A stretch of 64,000 nt of DNA from the NCBI GenBank assembly GCA_031459385.1, contig JAVKIP010000013.1, positions 19,353 through 83,352 of the forward strand. Reading direction: 5' to 3'. The position numbers and the translations under genes are program-made. Below are positions 19,547-28,915 of this stretch, in pieces (position 1 is the first letter of the stretch; each line of letters begins with the position of its first letter). Source of the DNA: Candidatus Fervidifonticultor secundus. GTDB lineage: Bacteria > Sysuimicrobiota > Sysuimicrobiia > Sysuimicrobiales > Humicultoraceae. Below the pieces are notes generated by a model. It was not told the origin of the DNA and searched no databases. It was given only the letters and a program-made list of their open reading frames with translations.

Positions 19547-20449
19547 ATGGCCCGGGAGCTCGCGACGCGGGAGCGGGTGGCCCCGGCGCGGCGGCCCGCC
19601 TACCAGCCGGCCGGCACGCTGGTGCAGGTGTGGAGGATGCTGCGGCGCCACCGGCTGGCGGCGGTCGGCCTGGTCGTCGCCGGGCTGCTGGTGGGCGCGG
19701 CGATCTTCGCCGACCTGGTGGCGCCGTACCCGCCGTTGCAGATCGCCATGCCCGAGCGCCTGCAGCCGCCGTCGCCACGGCACCTGCTGGGCACCGACGA
19801 CTTCGGCCGCGACGTCCTCTCCCGCATCATCCACGGCAGTCGCGTCTCGCTCCAGGTCGGCGCGATCGCGGTGGGAATCGCCCTGACCGTGGGCGTCGTG
19901 CTGGGCATCGCCGCCGGCTACCTGGGCGGCCGGACCGACAGCGTCATCATGCGTGCTATGGACATCGTCCTGGCGTTTCCCGCGATCCTGCTCGCCATCG
20001 CCATCATGGCGATCCTCGGCCCCGGCACGGTCAACGTCATGATCGCCATCGGCATCGTCTACGTCCCCATCTTCGCGCGCGTCGTGCGCGCCAGCACCCT
20101 GCAGGTCAAGGCCAACGAGTACATCGAGGCCGCGCGGGCCCTGGGCGCATCGGATGCCCGCATCGTCCTCCGCCACGTTCTGCCGGGGACGGTGGACACG
20201 GCGGTCGTGCAGGCGTCGCTGTCGCTGGCCTTCGCCATTCTGGCCGAGGCCGCGCTCTCGTTCCTGGGGCTGGGCACGCAACCGCCGACACCGTCGTGGG
20301 GCTCGATGCTGGCCCAGGGCCGCGAGTGGATCGAGCGCGCCCCCTGGCTCACGCTCTTCCCGGGCGCCGCCATCTTCGTCACGGTGCTGGCGCTGAACGT
20401 CATCGGCGACGGCCTGCGCGACGCGCTGGACCCCCGACTCCGCGTCTAG
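19547..20449 (+). CDS. peptide ABC transporter permease (DppC/OppC-like)
   Basis: HLLGTDDFGRDVLSR, EYIEAARALGAS, EAALSFLGLG, GDGLRDALDPR. Confidence 0.93.
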   Translation: MARELATRERVAPARRPAYQPAGTLVQVWRMLRRHRLAAVGLVVAGLLVGAAIFADLVAPYPPLQIAMPERLQPPSPRHLLGTDDFGRDVLSRIIHGSRVSLQVGAIAVGIALTVGVVLGIAAGYLGGRTDSVIMRAMDIVLAFPAILLAIAIMAILGPGTVNVMIAIGIVYVPIFARVVRASTLQVKANEYIEAARALGASDARIVLRHVLPGTVDTAVVQASLSLAFAILAEAALSFLGLGTQPPTPSWGSMLAQGREWIERAPWLTLFPGAAIFVTVLALNVIGDGLRDALDPRLRV

Positions 20450-20614
20450 CCTCGGCGCGCACCGGGGGACCATCTGTTCCTCGGCCCGCGCTCGCCGTCG
20501 CAGCCCCGCGCCCGGCGCCGAGGGGAACCCTCCCGCCCGTCGAATCACCAGGGCCGGCATCTTCAGAGCGCGCGGCTGGCGGCCGTGCGGGGATGCCGTG
20601 CGGGGGGACATTCC

Positions 20615-22021
20615 GTGGCTCGACAGTGGATGAGCGGGGTCGTGGTGGGGCTGCTGGCGGGGCTGGCGCTGGCACAGGCACGCCCGTGGACGCCGGCGGC
20701 GGGCGGCGCGCCCGCAGAGGTGCAGCCGCCCCCGCGGACGATGCTGCCAGGCGGGCAGGTGCGCGACTTCCGCCTCGTGGCGCGACCCGGCAAGTGGGAG
20801 ATCGCGCCGGGCACGACCGTCGACGCCTGGACGTACAACGGCCAGGTCCCGGGACCCGAGCTGCGCGTGCGCGAAGGCGACCTGGTGCGGGTGATCGTCA
20901 AGAACGGGCTGCCGGTGCCCACGACGATCCACTGGCACGGGGTGGACCTCGACTGGCGCATGGACGGGCCGCCCTTCACCAACCAGGAACCCATCCAGCC
21001 GGGGAAGGAGTTCCGCTACGAGTTCGTGGCCACCCCCGCCGGGACCCGGATCTACCATTCGCACTTCGACCCCGAACACCAGATGGAACTGGGGCTCTAC
21101 GGCGCCCTGATCGTCGAGCCCCGCGAGCCCGAACCCGTGCGCTACGACCGCGAGTACACGTTGATTCTGGACGAGCTGGCGTTGGACTTCACGCCGCGGG
21201 TGGCGCTGGGCCGGGACCGCCTGCCCATGGCCGAGTTCGGGAACGGCCGCGGCGGTGCGCTCCAGTACGACCTGTTCCTGATCAACGGCAGAGCCGGCAG
21301 CGCCATCCCGCCGCTCGTCCTGAAGGAACGCGAGCGGGTGCGCGTGCGGCTGATCAACGTGGGTGCACTGCCCCACGCGATGCACACCCACGGTCACATC
21401 TTCAAGATCGTCGCCACCGACGGCAACCCCGTGCCGCCGGCGGGGCAGTGGCGCAAGGACACGGTGCTGATCGGGCCCGGCGAGCGCTACGACCTTGAAC
21501 TGGTGGGGTACAACCCCGGCGTCTGGCTGTTCCACTGCCACATGCCCAACCACGGGGCCAACGGCATGATGACCTCGATCGTCTACGAGGGCTTCCGGCC
21601 GGTGATGGCCCATCCCGACCTCCCCCTGCCCGGGGAGCACCGTCCCCGGGCACCGGCATCCTCGGCAGGCTCGACACCGCCGCCCCCGCCCGGGAGCGGG
21701 GGCGCCGCTCCGGCCCAGTTCCGGGGCGAGGCGGCACCGCCGACCCAGCCGCGGAGCGAGGTGGGGGTCCGGATGCTCGACAACCGGTTCGAGCCCGCCA
21801 CCCTGAGCGTTCCGGCCGGGACGCGCGTGGTCTGGGTCAACCGGGGCATCAACGCCCACACCACGACGGGTATCGACATCCCCTGGGACAGCCCGAACGT
21901 CCTCGCCGGGCGGCGCTTCGCCTTCCTCTTCGCGAAGCCCGGCACGTACCGGTACGTGTGCCGCCAGCACCTGCTGAACGGGATGATCGGCACCGTCGAG
22001 GTGACGGCAGGAAGGAGGTAG
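20615..22021 (+). CDS. exported two-domain multicopper oxidase with C-terminal cupredoxin domain
   Basis: IHWHG, YHSH, HAMHTHGH, HCHMPNHGANGM, a Pro-rich linker, then a plastocyanin-like domain (AHT...YVCRQHLLNGM). N-terminal signal peptide. Confidence 0.88.
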   Translation: MARQWMSGVVVGLLAGLALAQARPWTPAAGGAPAEVQPPPRTMLPGGQVRDFRLVARPGKWEIAPGTTVDAWTYNGQVPGPELRVREGDLVRVIVKNGLPVPTTIHWHGVDLDWRMDGPPFTNQEPIQPGKEFRYEFVATPAGTRIYHSHFDPEHQMELGLYGALIVEPREPEPVRYDREYTLILDELALDFTPRVALGRDRLPMAEFGNGRGGALQYDLFLINGRAGSAIPPLVLKERERVRVRLINVGALPHAMHTHGHIFKIVATDGNPVPPAGQWRKDTVLIGPGERYDLELVGYNPGVWLFHCHMPNHGANGMMTSIVYEGFRPVMAHPDLPLPGEHRPRAPASSAGSTPPPPPGSGGAAPAQFRGEAAPPTQPRSEVGVRMLDNRFEPATLSVPAGTRVVWVNRGINAHTTTGIDIPWDSPNVLAGRRFAFLFAKPGTYRYVCRQHLLNGMIGTVEVTAGRR

Positions 22022-22026
22022 GCGGG

Positions 22027-22595
22027 ATGAGCGTGCGGTATCGTCTGGCGGCCCTCGCCGCCGTTGCCGCCGCGCTGGGGGCGCAGGCGGTCCCGGCGGG
22101 GGCTGCCCAGCAAGCGCCGGATTTCTCGCTCGTCAACCAGGACGGCCGCCGCGTCACGCTGCGGCAGTTCCGGGGCCGCGTCGTGCTCATGAATTCATCT
22201 ACACGCACTGCACCGACGTCTGCCCGCTGGCCACCCTCAAGCTCGCCCAGGTGCAGCGCGAACTGACCGCCCGCGGCTGGTCCGGGACGCGGGTCGTGTT
22301 GCTGTCGGTCAGCTTCGATCCCGCCAGGGACACCCCGGCCGTGCTGCGGGCGTATGCCAAGCGCTTCAGGGCCGACACCACGACCTGGCACTTCCTGACG
22401 GGTCCGGCGGCGGTCGTCGACAGGGTGATCAAGGCGTATGGGATCCCGGTGAAGCCGGCGGCGAAGCAGGGGCTGGTCGATCACGCCCTGCCGACTCTGG
22501 TCATCGACCAACGGGGCGCGCTGCTGGGGCACTACGAACCGGACTTCACGCCAGGTGACGTCGTGAGCGACCTGACGAAACTGCTGGGCCCCTGA
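22027..22595 (+). pseudogene. SCO1/SenC family copper chaperone with a single-base frameshift (or sequencing error)
   Basis: APDFSLVNQDG...VLMN, then a frame change near 22194 restores FIYTHCTDVCP (CxxxC) ... SFDPARDT ... VDHA. Confidence 0.8.
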
Positions 22596-22601
22596 GGCCG
22601 T

Positions 22602-22658
22602 CACGTCAGCCAGATCCACGCCGAGGAACAGATGAAGGGCACCGTCGTGGTGGAGTGG
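22602..22658 (+). pseudogene. orphan C-terminal fragment of a cupredoxin gene
   Basis: HVSQIHAEEQMKGTVVVEW resembles YxCxxH...MxGTVxVE with the Cys lost. No upstream part is present. Confidence 0.4.
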
Positions 22659-22834
22659 GCTCGCAGACGGCGGCGGCAGGGGGAGGGTGCGTCCGCCCCG
22701 TCCGTCCGCGCCGTCGCAGGGCCCCGACCTGGCGGCCGCCGCGACGCGGCAGGAGAATGCCCGCGCACCTGTGAAGCACACCCGCTGAACCGGTGCGGCT
22801 GCCGGCGAGCGCTCTGGAGATGCCGGGGGCGACC

Positions 22835-23173
22835 ATGCTGTGGGACATCGGACGCTGGGTGGTCACCGGGCTCCTCCTGCTCCTCTTCGCGAGCGTGGCG
22901 CTCTTCGAGGTGCTGAACCTGCCGCCCGACGACCCGCTGTTCCAGATGATGGGGAATCCCGCCTGGGTGAAGGACCTGCGCGCCATCCGTCAGGCCGCAG
23001 ATTCCCGCCAGCCGTACTGGAAGCAGTACCTCGTCTGGCTCAGCCGGTTCACGACCTACCTGTGGGGTCGTCTCCGCCGCGTCAGCCTGCCGGCGGATGC
23101 AGCCCGACACGCCGGCACGGCCCGCGCGGCACGCGCTTTTGCAGGCGCATTCGCCCCGACCTCCCGCGCCTAG
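22835..23173 (+). CDS. small membrane protein resembling the isolated N-terminal domain of a DppB-type permease
   Basis: TM helix followed by LNLPPDDP...QPYWKQYLVWL (compare PGDP...PxxxQYxxWL). Confidence 0.5.
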   Translation: MLWDIGRWVVTGLLLLLFASVALFEVLNLPPDDPLFQMMGNPAWVKDLRAIRQAADSRQPYWKQYLVWLSRFTTYLWGRLRRVSLPADAARHAGTARAARAFAGAFAPTSRA

Positions 23174-24063
23174 CGCCGCAGCTCAGCGTACTCGCGAACG
23201 TCCAGGAGATCCCGCAGGCCGTCTCCCACGAAGTTGATGCTGAGGACGATGAGCATGATCGCCAGACCGGGGAAGATGCCCAGCCACCACGCGCTCACGA
23301 AGAAGGGCCGGGCGTCGTTGAGGATCAGCCCCCAGGTCGGCGTCGTCGGCTTCACCCCGAGCCCCAGGAAGGACAACCCGGCCTCCGCCAGGATCGCGTA
23401 CGAGACGCTCACGGTGGCCTGAACGATGATGGGCGAGGCGACGTTGGGCAGGACGTGGCGCAGCATGACACGGCCGTCGGAGGCGCCCTGGGCCCGGGCG
23501 GCGGTCACGAACTCCTCCTCTCGAACCGCCAGCACCGAGCCGCGGGTGATGCGGGCGAAGTCGTCCAGGAAGGCCAGCGTCACGGCGACGATGACGTTCT
23601 CCAGCCCCGTGCCGAAGACAGCCACGAGCGCCACCGCGATGATGAAGTTGGGGAAGGCCCACTGGAGGTCGATGTAGCGCATGACGAGCATGTCGATCCA
23701 GCGCCCGTAGTACCCGGATACCAGCCCCAGTCCGACGCCGACCACCGTCGCCAGCGCGACGGTCACCACGCCGACGAACAGCGAGATCCGCGCCCCGTGA
23801 ATGATGCGGCTGGCGAGATCCCGGCCGAGGTCGTCGGTCCCCAACCAGTGGCGCCTCCCCGGCGGCTGCAGCAGTTCCTGCGACTGCGCGTTGGGGTCGT
23901 AGGGCGCGACGGCCGGTGCCGAGACGGCGGCCGCCACGGCCAGCGCCAGCACCAGCAGGCCCAGGCTGGCGCGTCGGTCCCGCCACAGCCGTGCCAGCAC
24001 CACGCGGACGCCGCGCCGCGAAGCCAGGCGCGGCAGCTCGACGACGGTGACGGAGGCACTCAC
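23170..24063 (-). CDS. peptide ABC transporter permease (DppC-like)
   Basis: HWLGTDDLGRDL, EFVTAARAQGAS, EAGLSFLGLG, GDGLRDLLD. Confidence 0.93.
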   Translation of the reverse strand: MSASVTVVELPRLASRRGVRVVLARLWRDRRASLGLLVLALAVAAAVSAPAVAPYDPNAQSQELLQPPGRRHWLGTDDLGRDLASRIIHGARISLFVGVVTVALATVVGVGLGLVSGYYGRWIDMLVMRYIDLQWAFPNFIIAVALVAVFGTGLENVIVAVTLAFLDDFARITRGSVLAVREEEFVTAARAQGASDGRVMLRHVLPNVASPIIVQATVSVSYAILAEAGLSFLGLGVKPTTPTWGLILNDARPFFVSAWWLGIFPGLAIMLIVLSINFVGDGLRDLLDVREYAELRR

Positions 24064-24067
24064 GGGC

Positions 24068-25015
24068 TCAGCTTGCGTAACGGATCTTGGGGTTGACAAG
24101 GGCGTAGAGCAGGTCCACCGCCAGGTTCATGGCCACGAAGACGGCAGCGATGACCAGGATCGTCCCCTGGACCACCGGGAAATCGCGGTTCAGGATGGCC
24201 TCGATGAGGAGCCTGCCCACCCCTTTGATGGCGAAGACGTTCTCGGCGATCACGGCCCCGGCCAGCAGGAGCGCGAAGGCGATGCCCATGACGGTGATGA
24301 CGGGGATGAGGCCGTTGCGCAGCGCATGGCGCAGGACGACCGCGCGCTCCCCGAGCCCCTTGGCCCGCGCCGTCCGCACGTAGTCTTCCCGCAGCACCTC
24401 CAGCAGCGCCGACCGGGTCATGCGGGTCAGGATGGCGGCGAACGAGGTACCCGTGGTGATCGCCGGGAGCACGAGATGCGAGAGCCATGGCCAGAGGCCG
24501 GTAGCCAGGGGCTCGTACCCGAATGCCGGCAGCAGCTGCCAGCGCACCGAGAACACGATGATGAGCACGATGCCGACCCAGAAGTCCGGCATGGCCAGGC
24601 CCAGGAACGCGAAGCCGGTCAGCGCATGGTCGTAGACGGAGTACTTGCGCACGGCCGAGACGATGCCCGCGGGCAGTGCAATCGCCACCGCCACGAGGAA
24701 CGACAGCAGAGCCAGTGACAGCGTGCGCGGCAGGGCGTCCCGAAGCAGCACGGCTACGCGCTGCCGGTTCCAGATCGAGTGGCCCAGGTCGCCTCGGGCC
24801 ACGCGGGCCAGCCAGCGCACGTACTGCACGGGAACCGGGCGGTCGAGCCCAAGTTGCCGCCGGATGAGCTCGACCGCCTGCGGATCCCCTTCGAAGCCGA
24901 CCAGCGCGCGCACCGGATCGCCGGGAATGGCCCGCATCATCACGAACACCAGCGTGGCCACGGCCCACATGACCAGGGCCGCATAGACGATCCGGCGGAG
25001 GATGTACTCCCGCAC
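24068..25015 (-). CDS. peptide ABC transporter permease (DppB-like)
   Basis: PGDPV, GLDRP, EDYVRTARAKGL, HALRN, RDFPVVQG. Confidence 0.93.
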   Translation of the reverse strand: MREYILRRIVYAALVMWAVATLVFVMMRAIPGDPVRALVGFEGDPQAVELIRRQLGLDRPVPVQYVRWLARVARGDLGHSIWNRQRVAVLLRDALPRTLSLALLSFLVAVAIALPAGIVSAVRKYSVYDHALTGFAFLGLAMPDFWVGIVLIIVFSVRWQLLPAFGYEPLATGLWPWLSHLVLPAITTGTSFAAILTRMTRSALLEVLREDYVRTARAKGLGERAVVLRHALRNGLIPVITVMGIAFALLLAGAVIAENVFAIKGVGRLLIEAILNRDFPVVQGTILVIAAVFVAMNLAVDLLYALVNPKIRYAS

Positions 25016-25034
25016 AGCGGGATGCCCCGCCCGG

Positions 25035-26723
25035 CTACCGAACGGTAATCGTGTCCAGGTCCCGGAGGCCCGGGATGTGCAGCACCCCCCGTACGTGCTT
25101 GCGGTACGCCAGTTCGTCCATGGGGTGGAACAGGAAGACGCAGGGCGCGTCCTTGGCGATGAGGTCCACGGCCGCCTGCACCCAGCGGACCCGCTTGGTG
25201 ACGTCGGCCGTCTCGCGCTGGGCGTCGTTCAGCGCGTCGACCTGCGGGTTGTTGTACCCGAAGGTGTTGAACTTCGCACCGCTCCAGAACCAGTCGTCGA
25301 TGGAGTCGTCAGGGTCGGGGTCGCCACCGCTGCCGATCTGCACCAGCTCGTACTGTCCCTGATTGAGGCGCTGCACCTGCACGGGGAAGTCCACTACCTC
25401 CAGCTCGATGTCCAGCCGGAGCGTGCGCTTGTAGATGTCAGCGATGACCTCGCCGCGGCGGCGCACGAGGGGCGTGACCAGCATCTTGATCTTGAAGCCA
25501 TTGGGGTACCCGGCCTCAGCCAGCAGCCGGCGCGCCTCGTCCGGGTCGAACCGCTGGGCGCTCGTCGCGCCCAGATCGCGGAAGTACTGCTTCTGCGCCC
25601 GGGGAATGGGGCCGTAGGCCGGCACGCCGCGCCCGAACAGGGCGCGGCGGATCAGGTCGTCTCGATCCATGCCCTTGGCCATGGCCAGCCGCACCTTCTG
25701 GTCGTCGGTGGGCAACCGGTCCCGGCCGATCCGCTGGGCCTTGTCCCGCCGCAGGTTGAAGAAGATGGCCTGGAAGCCCGGATCGTCGGCGGAGGAGATG
25801 GTGACCTGGGGGTTGCCGGCCAGCCGAGGCCGCAGGGCCTCCGGAACGGCATTGATGTACTCCACCTGCCCAGACTCGATGGCCGAGACCAGCGTCGCCG
25901 GCTCCTCGATGTTGAAGATCGTCACCCGGTCGACCAGGGGGCGGCCGCTGACGTGGTAGTCGGGGAACTTTTCCAGCACCAGCCGCTCGCCCAGCCGGTG
26001 TTCGACGATGCGGAACGGCCCGGTGCCCACCGGCCGTCGGGTGTGCCCTTCGCGTCCCAGCTGCTGGATGGCCCGCCGGTTCACGATGGTCAGGGCCCGG
26101 CCACTGCTGCGCTCGGTGATCTTGATCAGGAACGACGCCCGGGGCTCCTTCATGTGGAAGCGAACCGTGAAGTCGTCGAGCTTCTCCAGCCGCTCGATGG
26201 GGTCGAGGATCGAGCGGTGGAGCGACTGCGTGGCGGGATCGCGGGTCCGGTTGAAGGTGAAGACGACGTCGTCGGCCGTGAACCGGTCGCCGTTGTGCCA
26301 GCGCACGCCCCGGCGGAGCCGGAAGGTCCAGGTGAGCCCGTCGCTGGACACCTCCCAGCCCTCGGCCAGGTCGGGGCGCGGGATGAGCCCGGCATCGATG
26401 TGCGTCAGGCCACCCAGCACGTTGCTCGTGACCTGGAACTGCACGACCTGGTTGATGTAGGCCGGGTCCAGGTTGGTGAACTCACGCACCGCCCAGGCAG
26501 CCTTCAGTTCGCCGCCGGGCTGGCCCTGCGCGAAGGCCGGGGCAGGGGCGAAGAGCGGCACCAGGTAGTGCAGGGCGCCGCTGGCGAGGACCAGCCTGAG
26601 CATCGTCCGCCGCGTCAGGCGGTCGCTGCTCAGGTCTTCCCAGTCGAGGCCGAGGCGGGGATCCCGGGGGTCGAAGTCCGCCGCCCACGCGAGGTCTTCC
26701 AGGACGCGCGCTCTCTCCTCCAT
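25035..26723 (-). CDS. peptide/nickel ABC transporter substrate-binding protein (Tat signal)
   Basis: LTRRTML...APAPAFA leader, LRRGVRWHNG, PVGTGPF. AGGAGGG RBS. Confidence 0.92.
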   Translation of the reverse strand: MEERARVLEDLAWAADFDPRDPRLGLDWEDLSSDRLTRRTMLRLVLASGALHYLVPLFAPAPAFAQGQPGGELKAAWAVREFTNLDPAYINQVVQFQVTSNVLGGLTHIDAGLIPRPDLAEGWEVSSDGLTWTFRLRRGVRWHNGDRFTADDVVFTFNRTRDPATQSLHRSILDPIERLEKLDDFTVRFHMKEPRASFLIKITERSSGRALTIVNRRAIQQLGREGHTRRPVGTGPFRIVEHRLGERLVLEKFPDYHVSGRPLVDRVTIFNIEEPATLVSAIESGQVEYINAVPEALRPRLAGNPQVTISSADDPGFQAIFFNLRRDKAQRIGRDRLPTDDQKVRLAMAKGMDRDDLIRRALFGRGVPAYGPIPRAQKQYFRDLGATSAQRFDPDEARRLLAEAGYPNGFKIKMLVTPLVRRRGEVIADIYKRTLRLDIELEVVDFPVQVQRLNQGQYELVQIGSGGDPDPDDSIDDWFWSGAKFNTFGYNNPQVDALNDAQRETADVTKRVRWVQAAVDLIAKDAPCVFLFHPMDELAYRKHVRGVLHIPGLRDLDTITVR

Positions 26724-26809
26724 GTCGGCCCTCCTGGCGGGTTATCGTCCTGCGCGATCGTGAGCATCGTGCCGCGGCGGCGAAGCCCCGCAGCCACCAT
26801 AGCCGATCT

Positions 26810-27511
26810 TCACGCTCGCAACGACGCCTCGATTAGGTCGAAGTGCCGATCCATGGCGCGTACCGCCTGGTCCCTCTGGCCAGCGGCCAGGGCCCGATAG
26901 ATGTCAGCGTGCGCCTCGTACATCGTGGTAAAGAACGCGCTGTCCGGCGCGTACTCGCGACGCCGCATCTCCAGCGCCAGCTGGCGCTGCATGATCTCCA
27001 GCAGAGGACGGACGGCCCGCACGAGCAGGTCGTTGCCGGTCAGGCGGAGGATCGCCACGTGAAATGCCACGTTGGCGGCACCGAAGCGGTCGTAGTCCCG
27101 GGCTGCCGCCGCAGTACCCATCTCGTCGAGCGCCTGCTCGACGTCCTCGAGCCCGCCAGCCAGGGCTCGCTCGGCCGCGACCTCGACCACGGCCCGCTCG
27201 AGGACACGCCGGGCCTCGAGGGCCTCGACGGGGCTTTCCTCCTCTTCGAGCAGCGAGAGCGCGACTTCCCGGTGCTCGGGCACCCGGACGACGTAGGTGC
27301 CTTCACCCGCCCGGCTTTCCAGGATCCCCACCACCTGGAGCGCGCTGAGCGCCTCGCGCACCGAGGGCCGGCTGACGCCCATCTGCTCGCCGATCACCCG
27401 CTCCGACGGCAGCCTGTCGCCGACGTTATAGTCTCCCCGCCGAATCGCGTCGATGATCTGCTCGGCGACGTACGTACTCTTGCGCTTTGTGGCGATACGT
27501 TGAAAGGTCAT
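26810..27511 (-). CDS. GntR/FadR family transcriptional regulator
   Basis: GDRLPSER...GVSRPSVREALSAL...GEGTYV plus an FCD domain (FHVAI, HADI, HF). Confidence 0.95.
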   Translation of the reverse strand: MTFQRIATKRKSTYVAEQIIDAIRRGDYNVGDRLPSERVIGEQMGVSRPSVREALSALQVVGILESRAGEGTYVVRVPEHREVALSLLEEEESPVEALEARRVLERAVVEVAAERALAGGLEDVEQALDEMGTAAAARDYDRFGAANVAFHVAILRLTGNDLLVRAVRPLLEIMQRQLALEMRRREYAPDSAFFTTMYEAHADIYRALAAGQRDQAVRAMDRHFDLIEASLRA

Positions 27512-27524
27512 CGCAGTTGCCCAA

Positions 27525-27565
27525 ATCCTAAGGACGGCCTGTCAGGTTGTCAAGCGGTATGACCA
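27525..27565 (-). promoter_or_regulatory. sigma70 promoter and candidate FadR-type operator sites for the gntR-ABC operon
   Basis: TTGACA (27553-27548), 17 bp, TAGGAT (27530-27525). Palindromes CCTG-T-CAGG (27538-27546) and GGT-ATG-ACC (27556-27564) flank the -35. Confidence 0.65.
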
Positions 27566-28897
27566 ATGGCGACCGACGAGGGCATGCAGCACGAAGGCCA
27601 TGGCGAAACTCGGCAGCGACGCGCCCATCCCCGGCGCCAGACCCTTGACGCCGAGTGCCGGTAGCCCGGCGATGGCCAGGTACGTGATCACTCCGGCGGC
27701 CCAGACCGCGATCGCAGGCCAGTTCGTCCCGCCCCCGTACCAGTACATGCCGCCGGCCCGCAGCAGCTCGGCGGGCTCGTAGCGCCAGCGGCGCACCACG
27801 ACGTAGTCGGCGGCCAGCACGCCGAGCAGCGGCACGAACGCCGACCCGATGAGCAGCAGGAAGCTCTCGTACTGTGTCAGCGGCACGGTCCACGCGATGG
27901 CCAGGACGACGACGCCGATCCCCAGAATCAGCCGTCGCTGGGAAGCCGCGGGAACGAGGTTCTGAATCGAGACGGCCGTCGAGTAGATGTTGGCGAACGC
28001 CTCGTCGGTCTCGTCCACCAGGATCACCAGCAGCGCAAGCCACCCGGCCGTCAGGCCGGCGATGGCCGCCAGCAGCGGCGCGATGGGCGCCTGCGGGTCG
28101 AACGCCACGCCGGCCGCCAGGACCAGTGCGGCGCCCAGCGCATAGAACCACACATGGGGAATGAAGTAGCCCACAGCCGTGCCCCAGAACGCGTCGCGCC
28201 GCGACCGCGCAAACCGGCTGTAGTCCGCCACCAGCGGGAACCACGAGATCGGCATGGCGACCACCAGGTCCACGGCCAGCCAGAATGACATCTCGCCGGT
28301 ACCCGGCCGCGCCACCAGCGCCCGGAGGTCGTAGGCGCCCAGCAGCGCCACGGTGATCCACAGCGTGGACGCCGCGACCGCCCATACGGCGAACTTCTCC
28401 AGCCACCGCTTCACGACCACCACCGGCCCGCCCAGCGCCATGATGACCGTGAGCACGGTGAAAACCAGCGCCCACAGCCGGTAGGCCGACGGCAGCCCCA
28501 TGAACCGCACCATCAGCATGTCCACGGCCTGGGCCATCACGATGACCTCGAACGCCGCCCATCCCAGCAACTGGAGGACGTTGAGCACCGTGGGGGCGTA
28601 CGACCCGCGCACGCCCAGGGGCGCCCGCAGGAGCACCATGGTGGGCACGCCAGCGTCGCTGCCGATGGCCGCGGCGACCCCCAGGAGCAGGTTGCCGATC
28701 ACGGCGCCAACGACGATCGCCAGCAGTGCCTGGCCGAGCCCCAGCCCCGGCACCAGGAACATGCCGACCACCATCACCAGGAAACTCACGCCGAGGTCGG
28801 CCCACAGCACGAAGGTGTCCCACAACCCCAGCGCCCGGCGCTGAGCCGGGACCGGCTCGATGCCCGCGTGGGCAGCATGCTGCGCAAGCGTTGCCAC
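27542..28897 (-). CDS. cytX: NCS1 purine-cytosine permease family, putative hydroxymethylpyrimidine transporter (CytX-like)
   Basis: About 12 TMs, GIEPVP, LRAPLG, MPISWFPLVADYSRF, FANIYS. Directly downstream of a TPP riboswitch, with a GGAGG RBS. Confidence 0.82.
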   Translation of the reverse strand: MATLAQHAAHAGIEPVPAQRRALGLWDTFVLWADLGVSFLVMVVGMFLVPGLGLGQALLAIVVGAVIGNLLLGVAAAIGSDAGVPTMVLLRAPLGVRGSYAPTVLNVLQLLGWAAFEVIVMAQAVDMLMVRFMGLPSAYRLWALVFTVLTVIMALGGPVVVVKRWLEKFAVWAVAASTLWITVALLGAYDLRALVARPGTGEMSFWLAVDLVVAMPISWFPLVADYSRFARSRRDAFWGTAVGYFIPHVWFYALGAALVLAAGVAFDPQAPIAPLLAAIAGLTAGWLALLVILVDETDEAFANIYSTAVSIQNLVPAASQRRLILGIGVVVLAIAWTVPLTQYESFLLLIGSAFVPLLGVLAADYVVVRRWRYEPAELLRAGGMYWYGGGTNWPAIAVWAAGVITYLAIAGLPALGVKGLAPGMGASLPSFAMAFVLHALVGRHWSYRLTT

Positions 28898-28915
28898 GGA
28901 TCGCCTCCGGGAACG

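Noticed and set aside
22185..22200. Programmed ribosomal frameshift in SCO
   Set aside because: No slippery heptamer or obvious stimulatory structure. An indel is the simpler explanation.
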